From positions 82,460,001 through 82,524,000 of the forward strand of contig NC_079169.1 in assembly GCF_947568905.1 (NCBI RefSeq): a DNA stretch of 64,000 nt. The letters are read 5' to 3'. Both the position numbers and the translations under genes were made by a program. Below the pieces are notes generated by a model. That model saw only the letters and a list, made by a program, of their open reading frames with translations, ran no database searches and was not told the origin of the DNA. Of this stretch, positions 11,916 through 25,210 are shown in pieces (the stretch's first letter is position 1; each line of letters opens with the position of its first letter). The DNA comes from Ostrea edulis. Its lineage: Eukaryota.

Positions 11916-13170
11916 TTATCTGGAGTATGTACTATTCGCAAATGACATTAAAGTACTCTCTCTGGACCATTCTCCAGGCAAGATGTCCTCAGACTCATTA
12001 GCGAAACTAAGAAATGAGCTGGATGAGGAAATGTTGGTATTGCTTCTCGGGTTTTCATACTCTGTAATTCGATGAGTAGATTTTTCAGAGTTATTCATTC
12101 TTGACTGACCCATTTTGGAACTTTTGCCAGATAATATGCTGGATGTGGAGATATTTGAGTTGCCGCGAGCAGAGCTTACTAAACCCATTCTGGAAGGAAG
12201 AGGTGTGGGAGAGCTTACTGGATGTTGTGATGTGTTGTGAATTTCACTGTCACTCTTGATAGGTTTTCTTTGTCCGTGGTGTTTGCCAGAAGATTCTGCG
12301 GATCGACATCTGTTGAGAGATTTCAGATGAGATGATTTTTTATGATGATTGGATTTTTCTTCATATTCACGATGACTTGCTGAGTTTGTACCCAAAATAT
12401 GATTCTGTATTTCCATTCTGCATTCCTGGCAGATGGCTTTGGGAAGTTTAGCTCTATGATCCAAATGTACTTGAAGTTCATTTACTCTCTTGAACATGTC
12501 TTTCTTCTCGGTCGTAAGCTTCTCAATGTTTTCGCGCAGTCTTTGATTCTCAATTTCTTTTGTATCAATTTGATTTTTAAATCGAACTTGTTCTTTCTGA
12601 TAGAAGTCAGAATTTTCTACTATTCGCTTATTTAGGTCCGTAATTGTTTCTGAAAGGTCTGCATTTTTGCTAAGTAGTTCCCCCATCTTTGATTTGTTGT
12701 CATCGTAGCTATGTAGGAGTTTTCTGAAATTTTCTACAAAACTGAGCTTTTCACCTGTTGCACAGCCTAACTTCTGTTCAGTTTCACTAAGTAAATCTTC
12801 TAGCTTTTTCAAACCCAGTTCTGTATCCTTGATCTTATTTTCAGTCATGCTTAACTTTCCGAGCAGTAACTGATTCAATTTTTGACTTGGGGACGTTTGG
12901 ATCTGTTTTTTGTTGGGTCGCCGTCTGACCATGGAGAAACTTGTACTTTGCCTATCAAATTTCTCTAACTGTCCATGTGAAGTAGCAGTATGGTTCACAT
13001 GGTCATTGTCTGTCAGCTTTGATTTTATGTATTGATCCCTCTCTGGAAGCTTAGATCTCATTTGAGGTTTGTTTTCACGTCTTGGAGAGAAAGTCAGTGA
13101 TCGTCCTTCTGCCTTTCGTTTGCCTGTTTTATTGTCATTCATTTCTGAAATCGCTTCTCCACTTGACAAT
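11916..13170 (-). CDS. G2 main exon: coiled-coil protein paralogous to G1, no CARD found
   Basis: ORF of about 417 codons with acceptor ctatctacag at 13171. It has a coiled-coil core, an S-rich tail with two SFAN motifs and local similarity to G1. The first in-exon ATG is at 13142. Confidence 0.85.
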
Positions 13171-13449
13171 CTGTAGATAGCACGGGAAACTTATTGGTAG
13201 ATATCTTGAAAACTTATGGTATATATCTGATAAGGAAGGAAAAAAACAATCATAAGTGTTGAAAATTAAAAAGAAATACATGTACTAATAAGGAGTTAAG
13301 GATGAAAAGTGGAGGATATGTGTACGATAATATTGAAATGAACATTTTCTAGAATTTATCATATTTAGTTTTTGAAATTGCAGTTTTACTTGAAAGCAAT
13401 CGGGGAAAAGAGTAAACCACAACGAGATTAAAATTAAAATACCTATTAC

Positions 13450-13490
13450 CCTGTAAGTGCCCCTTCTGTACTTTTCAATTTGATGAGCAT
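13450..13490 (-). CDS. G2 putative short first coding exon (MLIKLKSTEGALT + GG)
   Basis: 41 nt with donor GG|GTAATA. A phase-2 join to 13170 (GG+A) keeps the frame and would give 431 aa. Inferred only. Confidence 0.3.
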
Positions 13491-16400
13491 AATCACCTCC
13501 AACCCCTTCCCTTCTGATGGTCTTACTTTGTAAGGCCATGCATGTTTTTAATATTAGTTGTACAGATCATCCAACTACATTTTTTTCTAGTTTGCAAAAA
13601 AAAAAAAAATAGAATATCAACCTATACCCCATTTTTCATTGCCACCATTATCACTGATTGAATCTTTGCTAATATGATAAAGGCCTTTCAAATTACTGCA
13701 TTTTGCCAAATATGATACACACTTTTTTCAAGAATTTTTTGGTGTGAGAAAAGAGTGTATAATATACCACAATAGGTTTTTGACCCATTATTCCTTTTAG
13801 GTGAAACTCATGATACTGTACGTTTTTTCATGTTTACCAAATTGATCTCGGGAAAATTACTACAGAAACGTAAAATTGTAGAAAATAATGATGCTTAAAA
13901 TATGTAGATAATTAAATTATTATGAAACAGCCAATTAGAATTCATTGGATCTTTATGTTCATGATTGTGCAATAGTAAGATGGTGATCAGCACGTTTTAT
14001 GAAGCCATTGTTGTGTACAGGTGCTTTGTCACTTGATTTTGTCAGACACCCCCTCAGGGTAATTTCTGCATGCTGCAAGATTTCCATGGATCTGGGATTA
14101 TGTGACTATACTTAATTTACTTTCAACTTTTCTTTTGCAGTAAACAACTGACATATTTTACCTACGGTACCTAAATGCATAAAATTTTTGGAGGATTATG
14201 TTTAAATTCGCTTTGTATTTACAGACAGAGCACCAATTATTTATGGCACCAATTAAATTATTGGCTCTGCTTATTATCCTTTTTATAATTACTGAGGGGG
14301 GTCAATATATCACACCTTTGTACATCATTATTCTCAGCCTTGGTGGTGTGTTGATTACAGCACATTGAATGCTTGTTCAATATTTTGATTTTATTTTTAT
14401 AATTAATGTCAGCTATTTAATTGATTTGAAGTTTAAACAAAGAAAATATTGAGTCTTTTTAAAAGACTTTGAGGTAATTCCACTCCTCTAGAATTATAGG
14501 TTAAATCTTAATTTGATTGTTGATTCTCCAAATAATACATCTTAGTAACAAATAAAAATGTTAAAATTAGTATGTTGCAGTATTAATAAAAATCTTAACA
14601 ATTAGCACACCTGTTATCAATGTCAAAAAATTGCAATTTTCCATAAACAGCATTATCAAAATTTCACAAAAACTGGTTAAAACGATATGATAGTATTTAT
14701 AACAATTTCATGAGACTGTTTCTTTAAAAAAATATACTAAATGTTTGTGAAAAATAAAGGAAATCTATTGCATAATGAACTTGATAAAAGATTCAATGAA
14801 AATGGGAGTTATTGCCCTTGGATTCAATATTTTCAAACATATAATTGATTATTCATATATAACTTTTGAAATATTTTATGGTTAACAAGATTTTCTACAA
14901 TAACTATTGAAAAAGACCCCAACAAAATTTATGTTCCTGTCTTGCATAAATCTTGATAAATCACTGACTTTGCGAAATCTTATGACGTACATCACAGGAG
15001 AGTGCAGATATAGAACGACATTAATGCTACACAATCTTGTTCTTTGCTGAAATTAACATTATTCAGGGAAGATTACCCCTATGTATAAAGACAAGATTGC
15101 TATTTTCTCAAAACTTTTGCTGGGCTGTATGCAAATTCTTGTGCTTTGTTAAGAAGTTAATATTATTTCCACAACAATTTCTAGTGAAATTATTACTGTG
15201 AAGAATAAAGTCAAGAATACCCCTTTGTCAGAATTTTTGCTGCATATTATACTCAAGAACTGCAATTTTTCTTCAATTTGCAGGCCCAAAAAAGGGGGAT
15301 GTGCATTAAAACCAATGCATATTACATTAGGCACAATGTGATAATAGTACCTTTAACCTATTTGTCAGTAAGTAGGGCCACGCCATATGACAGGTGACCT
15401 ATAATAATCGCACTGTCTGTCCACCCAACAGCACTTTCTGTGGTGAGCGATATCTTGTGTGTTTCCTTGAGAAGATTTTCATATAGCTTATACTTAATAC
15501 TTGGATTAGGCAGGGGAAGACCCATTTTGATTTTCAAATTTATCAATTTTCTTTTTAATAAGATAATCATACTTTCAGTGGCACACAGTAACTTGAGATT
15601 ACTTGAGAAGTTTCCTATAGTAATCACTCTCTTCGTCCATCAACACTTTCTGCCTCCAATTTTTTTATGGCCACTTAGGGTGGTCTCATTTATAAATATA
15701 CATGTAAACGTAAATATTCATCAAATATGATAATCATTGCTTCAGGCATGAAAACTGTCCTTTTGTTTGAATATGTGTACATTGCTGTTTTTGATCACAA
15801 ATTTAAATATTATCAAGAAAAAAATAATTGTCTTTTTTCCCCTAACCAATAATAGTGGTAAGAGTTTTTCAGTACATCAAAATCATTACAAAGTGAATGT
15901 TAGAGAACATTTTAAACTTTTAAGAATTATGTCACAAAAAGTTGTCACTTAATTGACATATCAATCGATATATAAAAGACTTTTAAACAGTTTTAAATCC
16001 TTAACATTTAGTAGTAGCTGTGGTACAAGTAAGGCTTTCATAGCTTTTGTATTGATACTGGTCTGCAGTATTACTGTAAGGTATTCATTGTATAACATAT
16101 TTCATATCTGATAAATAGATGGTGTGATTTTTGTAACCATGCTATTGTTTTGAAGGGTGTATCAAATAACAATAATCTACCATAGGAAACAATAATTTGA
16201 TTACAGCTTGATTTAATATTTCACCTAGAATTTTACATTGAAATCTGCTTAGGAAGAGCATGTTTGAAATATATGTTTAAAAAGAAATTGTATTTTGATA
16301 GAAATTTCTTGGTAAGAAGTTAAATAATCTTTCTCTTTATAAAAGTATGAAATAGAATTATTCATTACTGCAGGTATTAAATTTTTCTTTAAGTTTTATA

Positions 16401-18376
16401 AAGGGTGGATAATATTGTCAACAAGTTTTAAGTGTGAAAAGATAAGCTTCAAATCATTTACCAGTCATGAGAATTTGATGTATTTTTTTTTCATCATTAT
16501 CTAACAATAAACATTTATCTAGATTTAATAATTCAGAATTGTTCAATCTCCTTTCATCATATATTGAATACGTTAAAACTGATAACCAGGTGATGTATAA
16601 GGATCTTACTTACCTATCGACAAATCGAAGAAGAAAATACTCCTGTTACTTTGCTGTGCATGATATATCTACAAACTTTTAACAGCATTTCACGAGCTCT
16701 TATCTCGATCCTTTAAAAATTACTATTATATATTGTCGGCTGGATTTTCCAGAGAGCTTCTTTAACAGCTTCAATATGTTTTGAATTGTAACATTGTATA
16801 GATAAGAAGACCTTTAATTAGCGGTGTTATCTGTATTCATTATACTTTAATTGTTTATGATCAATAAGTTGTCAGTGGTTTAAAGTTTCAGGCTTCTGAA
16901 TGAATATGTAGGTAACTGATGTAGAAAAATATTTAGAGCAGAAACTTTGTATTGTGGTCAAGGACTTGTACTTACATATGTACCTTGAATTATTTTCTCT
17001 GTAATTGGCTTGTACATCAGTCACATACTATCCTCAACCATATCCCAGTGAAACGGTTACAGCCACATGTATAATTTTTTGGTCACAAGAGTGACTGAAT
17101 TAGAATGTTGTGAGCTTTACAGGCTCATCATAATGCTTTACATACATGGGTCATACAATGGTACAATTTGTCCGCTCATATATCTCTGTCAGCACCTTGT
17201 GGGTCAGATAAAAACAATACTTAAAAGGTTAGGATCATTAAACTTGGTACATCAGTCATGTTTTCATTATGATAAAAGGATGGAGGCTATTGTTTTTGAA
17301 GGTCACGGTCAAACTTGCATGGTTATAAGACTAGGATCATCAAACTTGGTTCACATGTTCCCAATCAGAGGAAGAAGCATATTGAAAGGACCCCAAAGAA
17401 ATTTTTTTTAGTATTCTAATGTTATAAATTAATGGAAAAATGAATTTTGTTTTTGAAAATACATAAGGGCATATGAATTGTGATACTTTATGCCAGCTAG
17501 TATATTTATTTTTAGAGAGGATAGTGGTTTCTGGGCCATAAGAGTGGATTCTTCTCATATCTAATGCACATATTCCAGGGATCTTTCCAGCTTTTAAATG
17601 TTACTACCCATTTCATATTTTAAAGGGAAAATTTGAAAATCCAGTCTTGAGCTTTCAGAGGAAGGGGGTGGGGTGGGGTGGGGCATATAATCTTCAGATT
17701 ATAATGTTTTAAAACAGATATATATATATATATAAATTGATTGATTGATTACTATCTATATACATGTAGTAAGACTTTCATAATTATAGAAAATGACTTG
17801 GAATATATAAAAATGATTTTTTGTTAAAATTCTCATACAATTTTGTGTAGTTTCTACAATTGAAGGAAAAATTTTACCTGTGAAAGGGGAAATATTCATT
17901 TGTTGTAAAAGGGGAAAAGGTGCCCTGTACCGATAGTAAATAAAACTTCAATAAATCCCTCTATTAAGATGTGATATTTTGTATGTACCACCTACAAAAT
18001 TTGTATATAAATTTTTTTTAACATCTGAAAGTGGGGGTCATGGTTCTTTTTATCTGTCAAGGTTAGTCCAAGGTCACAATCTATTCAAACTGCGAATTCC
18101 ATCAGTGCAGACATTGTGTTGCAACTGCTAATTGCATCAGTGCAGACATTGTGTTGCAACATCTCACATGAATGATTAAGACTATAGAAGTTTGTCTCAA
18201 TTAGATTTACTAGTATTATACAGGTTTTTTTTTTAATTTAATGATTCTGAATATGATCTGAGATATATAAATGATATGCAGATGTTTTGAAGCATCATAA
18301 ATATATGATTATATATACAATATGTCTCTTCAGATGATATTTCATTCCAAGTGTCATACACATTGCACAATATAGG

Positions 18377-19258
18377 TTAATAATCTAAAGATGTTTGTCG
18401 CAACATCACATAGTTACTGCCCTGATCACTGAATTGCAAATTCTCCACGTTGTTTATCTGCAGTTGGATAGACCGTGCTGTAAAACCCAGTGCTGATGGT
18501 GGTCCATCAGTGGAATTTAAATAATCCAGTCTGGTGCTTAGTGGAACAACTCGGGGATAATTTCTCTCATCAGGAGGGTCGTGATCTGGGCTCCCCAAGG
18601 TCTCCATTGCTTCAGGGTTGAAAGAGGAGTGGGGAGTTTCTTCAGAACTGGGTTCAACAAGATTGAGATGCATTAGTCTCTCCTTGACCTTTTCATCCAC
18701 GAGGTCCCGGATTATTGTATCCTCGTTCTTGTTAATCATTTTAATCTCCTCAGTTAAGAAAGCAATCTTGTCATTCAAGTCATCAACAGTCTTTTGAAAA
18801 TCATTTTCCATTTTTTGAAAGTTTTCTGTTAGGTTGGTCTTTTCTTTCTCAAATCCCATTTTGAAAATAGTGCATGATTTGTGAAGTGGAAGTTTTTTGC
18901 TGTTCACATAATTTCTTGTACATTCAAGTTCTTTCACCATTAATTCCATGTTAAGAGTTTCCTGGTTAAACGAAGAATCTTCACCAAGCACTAAATATGA
19001 AAGCTTTTCACAGGATTGTTGCAGTGCTTCGATTCTGTGGTCTAAATGTTTTATTTTTGCTCGGAGGTCCACCTGGCAGTGTGGGTCAGCTTTCTGTTTT
19101 GAGTTCAATTCCTTCAGGACATTGTTCATCTTTTTCACATAATGTTCATTTACTGTTTTCTCCAGCAGTAAGGTGTCTGTAAAAGCTTGATACCCACCTT
19201 TTTTCTTCTTCAATATTTCAACCAATTTGGGATTTCTGTCGCAACTGTCTTGCAAGCG
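18377..19258 (-). CDS. G3 exon 2: CARD second half + coiled coil + C-terminal RHIM-like motif (full protein 338 aa)
   Basis: Acceptor ttttttcattttacag|CGC. The exon starts RLQDSCDRNPKLVEILKKKKGGYQAFTDTLL, continues as coiled coil and ends RSIQLQINNVENLQFSDQGSNYVMLRQTSLDY*. Confidence 0.85.
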   Translation of the reverse strand, partial: RLQDSCDRNPKLVEILKKKKGGYQAFTDTLLLEKTVNEHYVKKMNNVLKELNSKQKADPHCQVDLRAKIKHLDHRIEALQQSCEKLSYLVLGEDSSFNQETLNMELMVKELECTRNYVNSKKLPLHKSCTIFKMGFEKEKTNLTENFQKMENDFQKTVDDLNDKIAFLTEEIKMINKNEDTIIRDLVDEKVKERLMHLNLVEPSSEETPHSSFNPEAMETLGSPDHDPPDERNYPRVVPLSTRLDYLNSTDGPPSALGFTARSIQLQINNVENLQFSDQGSNYVMLRQTSLDY

Positions 19259-19312
19259 CTGTAAAATGAAAAAAAAAAAATCACTTGTTATGGAAGCAGA
19301 AGTTAAGATAAG

Positions 19313-19930
19313 GATGGGGGTATTGTTTATAGTCTGTCCTTTTGTCTATATTTTTTACTTTAACCTTGGTCATAACTTTTGAGCTAGATCTATACAAGAC
19401 TTCATACATGGGGAAAATTAAAGGTCATGGTTCAAGGTCAAATTTGCCAATTTAAACAGGGGCATCATGTTTCTGTTTTTTTGCATGAAAGTTCAAGTAA
19501 GCTTTTCATATCAGCTTTTGTCGGTTGTCTGTCCATCCATCTGTCTGTAAACTGTTCATGTTTTCATCTTTTTCTCTAAAACCATTAGGTCAATTTCAAT
19601 CCAACTTGCAACAAATCGTTTTTGAATGAAGGGGATTCATGTTTGTTCAAATGAAGGGTCATGCCTTCTTCAGAGGGGATGTAATCATGAAAAGGCAAAA
19701 ATTGGGCAGGGTCATCTCAAGAACCACTGGACCATAAAAGTTAAAATTTACATGGCAGCTTCCAGACACAGTGCAGATTTAAGTTTGTTAAGATCATGGC
19801 TCATGGGGATAGGGTGGGGCCACAATAGCGGATCAAAGTTTTACATTCAGATATATTGGGGAAATTTTTTTTACAATCTTCTCGAGAATCACTGGGCCAG
19901 AAAAGTTGAAATTTACATGAAAGTTTCCTG
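19313..19930 (+). mobile_element. Degraded HINE-like fragments (Cg170-family core) in the G3 intron
   Basis: Motifs gtccatccatctgtctgtaaac, gtcaatttcaatccaacttgc, atagtgcagattcaagtttg-like and gggccacaatag are shared with the element at 22758-23488. Confidence 0.55.
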
Positions 19931-20410
19931 ACATTCACATAGAGTTTTAATTACGTAATATATATATATATATATATATACGAAGTATGAATAATATCCT
20001 TTGTCGGCAATCTTAACTTGCTTAATAGCATTGTGATACACACACCATTTATGTAACATTTGTTTGAGGAAGGGTGCCGATGTTAACACCTATTTACAAA
20101 CAAATCATTATTCAGTGATCTGTGTAAGCTTGGATCATTAAATTTTTTTACGCAAGCCATTATACTGTTTAAAGTGTGTATTTTGTATTCCGTTTGTCAA
20201 TAAAAATTTGTAAAGAAATTAAACGTACTGGTAGAAATCAGTCTCATGTCCTCACCCTGCTTGATGTTCATAGGGCACCTGGAGAAAGGCGGGGATACTG
20301 ACATAGTGTAGGAAATAGGAGATAAATGGGAGGCAGTTTTGGATGTGCAATTCTGGGAACCTCCTGCTAATCTGGAAGATTCACTTGTACATTAAGAATA
20401 GCTTTATTAC

Positions 20411-20900
20411 TTTTTATACACCCGTCGAAGACGGGACGCATTATTGTATGGCTTCGTCCATCTGTCCGAACCGTAAGCTCCAGGATTTTACAACTGGGTA
20501 CATTCAATCATCATGATGAGAGGAAGATGCCTATTGTTTTTCAAGATCAGATGTCAAAGGTCAAGGGCGTAGTATCACTTAGTAGGAAAACTTTGTAGGC
20601 AGGATACAAAATGAACTGTAAGCTCCAGGATATTGCAAGTGGGTACATTTGATCAACATGATGAGAGGAAGATGTCTATCATTTTTCAAGGTCAAAGGTC
20701 AAGGTCACAGTATCACTTCGTAGGAAAACCTTCTAGGCAGTATACAAACTGAACTGTTGGGGCTAGGACCGTCAAACTTTGTACACATACACTTTATGCC
20801 AAGTGGAGGATGCCTATTGTTACTTAAGGTCAAGGTCGTAGTAGCAGAATGCAGACCGATTCGTTGGGGCAAGGACCATCAAACTAGGTACACATACATC
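20411..20900 (+). mobile_element. HINE-like element remnant
   Basis: Starts tttttatacacccgtcgaagacggg (hairpin) followed by gtccatctgtcc and repeated ttttcaaggtcaaaggtcaaggtca cores. Confidence 0.55.
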
Positions 20901-21160
20901 TTATGCCAACTGAAAAAATTACATGGAGAGTACATGATTTGTCTTGTTTTTACGATGCAAAGAAAGTATGTCACACCCAGATGATTGCTTATACTACTTG
21001 AAGCCAAGTTCTGCAAGTTGTGGTGTAAGAAAAACACCCTATATTAGCTTTTCACTGGCCTATTATGTACCGTTGGCAGTACTCTTGTTGAAGTGATAAT
21101 AATGCACAAAAAAACCTATTAAGTTTCTTTTTTAACGTCATGATACAATTATAGATTTAC

Positions 21161-21295
21161 TGTGAGATAATCTCTGTCGTGCCGAGTCAACATCCCTCGA
21201 GATTCAAGTCGCTGTAGAACACTTGATGACACTAACAGAGAGATCTTGATGTCCTTTGCACAGCGATTTAGAGTCCGTATCTCATTAGCTTCCAT
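21161..21295 (-). CDS. G3 exon 1: CARD first half (MEANEIRTLNRCAKDIKISLLVSSSVLQRLESRGMLTRHDRDYLT)
   Basis: Exactly 135 nt from the ATG to a phase-0 donor (ACA|GTAAAT). The acceptor ctctctgcag lies 1 nt before the ATG. Length and phase match the first exons of G4-G7. Confidence 0.75.
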
Positions 21296-22757
21296 TCTGC
21301 AGAGAGATACAAGTAAAACTCTGTAAAAGGACAGTAAAATTTGTCTACTTCAGTTTAATATGTTGCACAGATTTCAATGTTCAATTCAGAGTTTGAATTT
21401 TTTTTTAAAATTTTTTTTTTGGTAAAAGTATTTATCGCTTGTTATCAAATATGAAGATTTTATTGGATAGCAACTAGAAATTCACATTAGACAAGTTTCA
21501 ATATATCTAACTAGAAAACAATAAAGCATTTTGAAGATGAAAAAAACATTAGGTAAAGAAAACGTCAACAACAAATCAACACATATACAGAATACTGATT
21601 GAAATATACTAATTATAGACCATGCTTGTACTGTAGATTCAATTGATAGTTGTCTAGTGTAGGCTAATTCATGTAAAGAATAGAATTTTAAAAAATTCAC
21701 AGAATTCAGAATTTTTTCATTAGCTTTTGTTCATGATGTCTGTAAAACTGTACGTAACATATCTCAGCCCATAACTTGTACAGGGTATTTGGTAAGACAG
21801 TCAGCATAATGATATGATAGTATTGTGTTTTTTATAAATGTATAATACTAAAATTTTATCACCTCAGTTTTGACACATGGAACAGTAGCCTTCAGCTTGT
21901 GCATGATGTGTTAACACTCAAGACTATTTCAGCATATACATGCATGACATGCAAACCCAACACTGTCATATAAATACCCCCATAAGGTTCACTTGCAACA
22001 TGGGTATTTATTCAAAGTATTTTAATCATGGCCATAATGTAGAATTTCATACATTTATTCACACTTACCTGTGCTTGTCTGTGATGAGACACTTTTCCTG
22101 CACACTTGTAATTTCAATGTTATTGTTAGTTGATATATTTATAGCTCAATGTACATTAGATGAGCTGGAAGCTATTCCAAACCGCTACATTGAATGAACG
22201 TACCATAAATCTACTGGTAATCTTTATCTCAATATCAAATATTTCGTTGGCTTTAAATCATTTCAGACAATGATTTTGTAATGCTATTAGTCAATATGTA
22301 TATTTATAAACTTGGCACATTATTTATACTGTCATCTGTAAAAGGAGTAGATGATCCCTATTGATTGGTCAAGGGTCAATCCACCCTGGATTTTCATTAA
22401 ATTTAGTGGAAAAAAAATTTGAAAGTAGATTTCATTGTAGTAAACTTGTGCAATTACAAAGATGTAGATTATTGTTATTTGTTGGGGTTTTATTTCATCA
22501 AGTTTAAATTTATCTTTCCATGTTTATTTTATGGTGATTTTAAAATTGCTGCAAAACTATTCTGCCATTTTCTGTGACATGTGTATTCTAACTAGCGATC
22601 TACTATTCTAACTAATCCCGTCATAGAATGTCTTTCATACACTTTGGGGCCACTTCTTGTATGATTATGTCGTGTTTCTTGGACAATTTGTGGATGGAAC
22701 TATCTTTGCTTTGTGAATTACTACATTATATGGATGGAGCAGTTTGAAAATAGTACA

Positions 22758-22834
22758 TTTTAGCTCTTAAAGCTCAAGTGAGCTTTTTTTAATCGCGTGT
22801 TGTCTGTCCGTCTGTAAACTTTTTACATTTTTGA

Positions 22835-22869
<35 letters not shown>

Positions 22870-23488
22870 GCAAAAAGCATCCTTGGGTGAAGGGCTTTAA
22901 AGTTTATTCAAATGAAGGGCCAAAGGGGAGATAATCACAAAGATAGAGTGGGGTCATTTAAAAATCTTCTTAGGAACCACTGGGCCAGACGAGCTGAAAT
23001 TTACTTGAAAGGTTTCTAACATAGTGCAGATTCAAGTTTGTTAAAATCATGGCTCCCAGGGGTAGGGGGCCACAATAGGGAATCAAAGTTTTACATACAA
23101 ATATATAGGAAAATTCTAAAATCCTCTTCTGAAGAATCACTGGGCCAGAAAAGTTTACATTTACATGAAAGCTTCCTGACGTAGTGCAGATTCAAGTTTG
23201 TTAAAATTGTACTTAGCGGTGGAAGGGTGGGGGCCACAATAAGGGATCAAAGTTTTACATACAAATATATAGGGAAAATCTTCTTCCCAGGAACCATTGG
23301 GCCAAAGAAGTTTACATTCACAAGAAAGCTTCCTGCATAGTGCAGATTCAAGTTTGTAAAAATAATGATCCCCGGGGGTAGGTTGGGACCACAATAGGGA
23401 TCAAAGTTTTATGCAAATATTTCAGGAAAGTTTTTGAATATGGGCCAAGGTGACTCAGGTGAGCGATGTGGCTTATGGGTCTCTTGTT
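22758..23488 (+). mobile_element. HINE (Helentron non-autonomous) with Cg170-like satellite units
   Basis: 5' end ttttagctc...agctcaagtgagctttt, then a gtctgtccgtctg microsatellite and repeated cores. The 3' end is gtgactcaggtgagcgatgtggcttatgggtctcttgtt. Confidence 0.8.
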
Positions 23489-24833
23489 TAAGTATAGTTC
23501 ATTTCAGGTGTGTGACTCACGAAGTCAGGATGTTTTTAATTATTCTTAACCCCTCATTTCAAAAGACTCCAGTTGAATTATTGATTTCAGGTTCTCCATT
23601 TCACTTTGCGTATAACTGCAGTAAAACAAGCCAATAATAGATGTCCGAGTAGTCTAAACTTTTTTTTATGTAGAATTCTATGGGATTTTAATTTTATTGC
23701 ACTTCTTTGTTATGAGAATGCATTTGGATCATATCCATTTTTGCAAGGAGAAAAAAATCATTGGTGATCTTAAATATCCAAAAGAAAAATGTTTCATGTA
23801 GAATGCAGTTAATAGACTAAATTCAACAATCCAAGTTGTTTCTGAAAAGCACATATATATAATATATATATATTAACATTAGTTTCCTTGGGACTACATC
23901 AAATGATCAATTGTTGATATTGATTACTCAATTTTTCAGTTTTTTTATTCTATAAATCAAAATAGTATTCATATACAACGAAACTACTGAGACTGATTCA
24001 CATTCTGTATCCTTTATAATGGTTGAACATTTGATGTAGTCCAGGCCTGGAAACTTTTTTGAGCATGTTTTCATACTCGAGCTCTACTTCGTACTCAAAC
24101 GTCAAGGTTATAAAACATTTATAAAACCATTCTCACACTCAAATGGAGTACATTTTTTGAGTATGTATCGGAGCTTGCTCAGAGTTGTACTCAAAACCAA
24201 AATGGCTGAGTTTGAATAGGAGTACAGTAACAGTTTAACCTCCAGGCCAATTAAATCAAACGGGATTCGTAATAATTTATACTCATTGAATGAAGGCATC
24301 CCATACAGAAATAAGACAGTCCTAAGTGTTTTACATGGGTAATATTCGCTGAACAATATCTGAGAATGAATCAATGCTCTTATCGATACCAAGTAGGCTT
24401 CCATACATTTTCATTGAGGCAGGTGCTTATGATCACGAGACTATCATGTGACATTATAAAATATACAACAAAAATGATTGTAATAATTGCAAAAGTGCAC
24501 CGATATCAGCTATATGCAGGCCAACCCTTACTTTACATTAACTAAAAAGTATTGGGAGCAAGTTCTCCGATAAAAGGAACTTTAAAATGCATCTAATTCA
24601 GCATACTTTTAGTTTTTAAGAGTATGCAAGAAATTATCAGATGCGGAATTGGTTTCTTTTAGTGTTGGAAGTTGCTCCCAACACTGTTCTGTTATAGCGA
24701 TGCTATAGGAACTAAGATTTGTAAACTTCAAACACCACCATTCACTATACTTTTACATATACTTTTACAATAATTATGTAAATTAGATTTTCTTAAAATG
24801 CAATGATAATCGGGATCAGGAGACGATATAGGG

Positions 24834-25210
24834 CGATATCAAGGTAACAATTTAATATAAATATCACCTTCTCACAAACTATATACAGTGTTCCCTCGAT
24901 ATCAAGGTAACAATTTAATATAAATATCACCTTCTCTCAAACTATATACAGTGCTCCCTCGATATCAAGGTAACAATTTAATATTAATATCACCTTCTCA
25001 CAAACTATATACAGTGCTCCCTCGATATCAAGGTAACAATTTAATATTAATATCACCTCACAAACTATATATACAGTGCTCCCTCGATATCAAGGTAACA
25101 ATTTAATATTAATATCACCTCACAAACTATATACAGTGCTCCCTCGATATCAAGGTAACAATTTAATATTAATATCACCTCACAAACTATATACAGTGCT
25201 CCCTCGATAT
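24834..25210 (+). repeat. 60-63-bp tandem repeat (6 units), each unit ending in TA plus the left TIR of the adjacent MITE
   Basis: Units start at 24834, 24897, 24960, 25023, 25085 and 25145. Each contains tatacagtg(c/t)tccctcgatat. Confidence 0.9.

Noticed and set aside
5345-18376. CARD exons for G1 and G2
   Set aside because: Candidate minus-strand segments (7559-7750, about 14000-14100 and about 16614-16830) lack CARD motifs or contain stops. The strong donor at 16614 is more likely a non-coding 5' exon.
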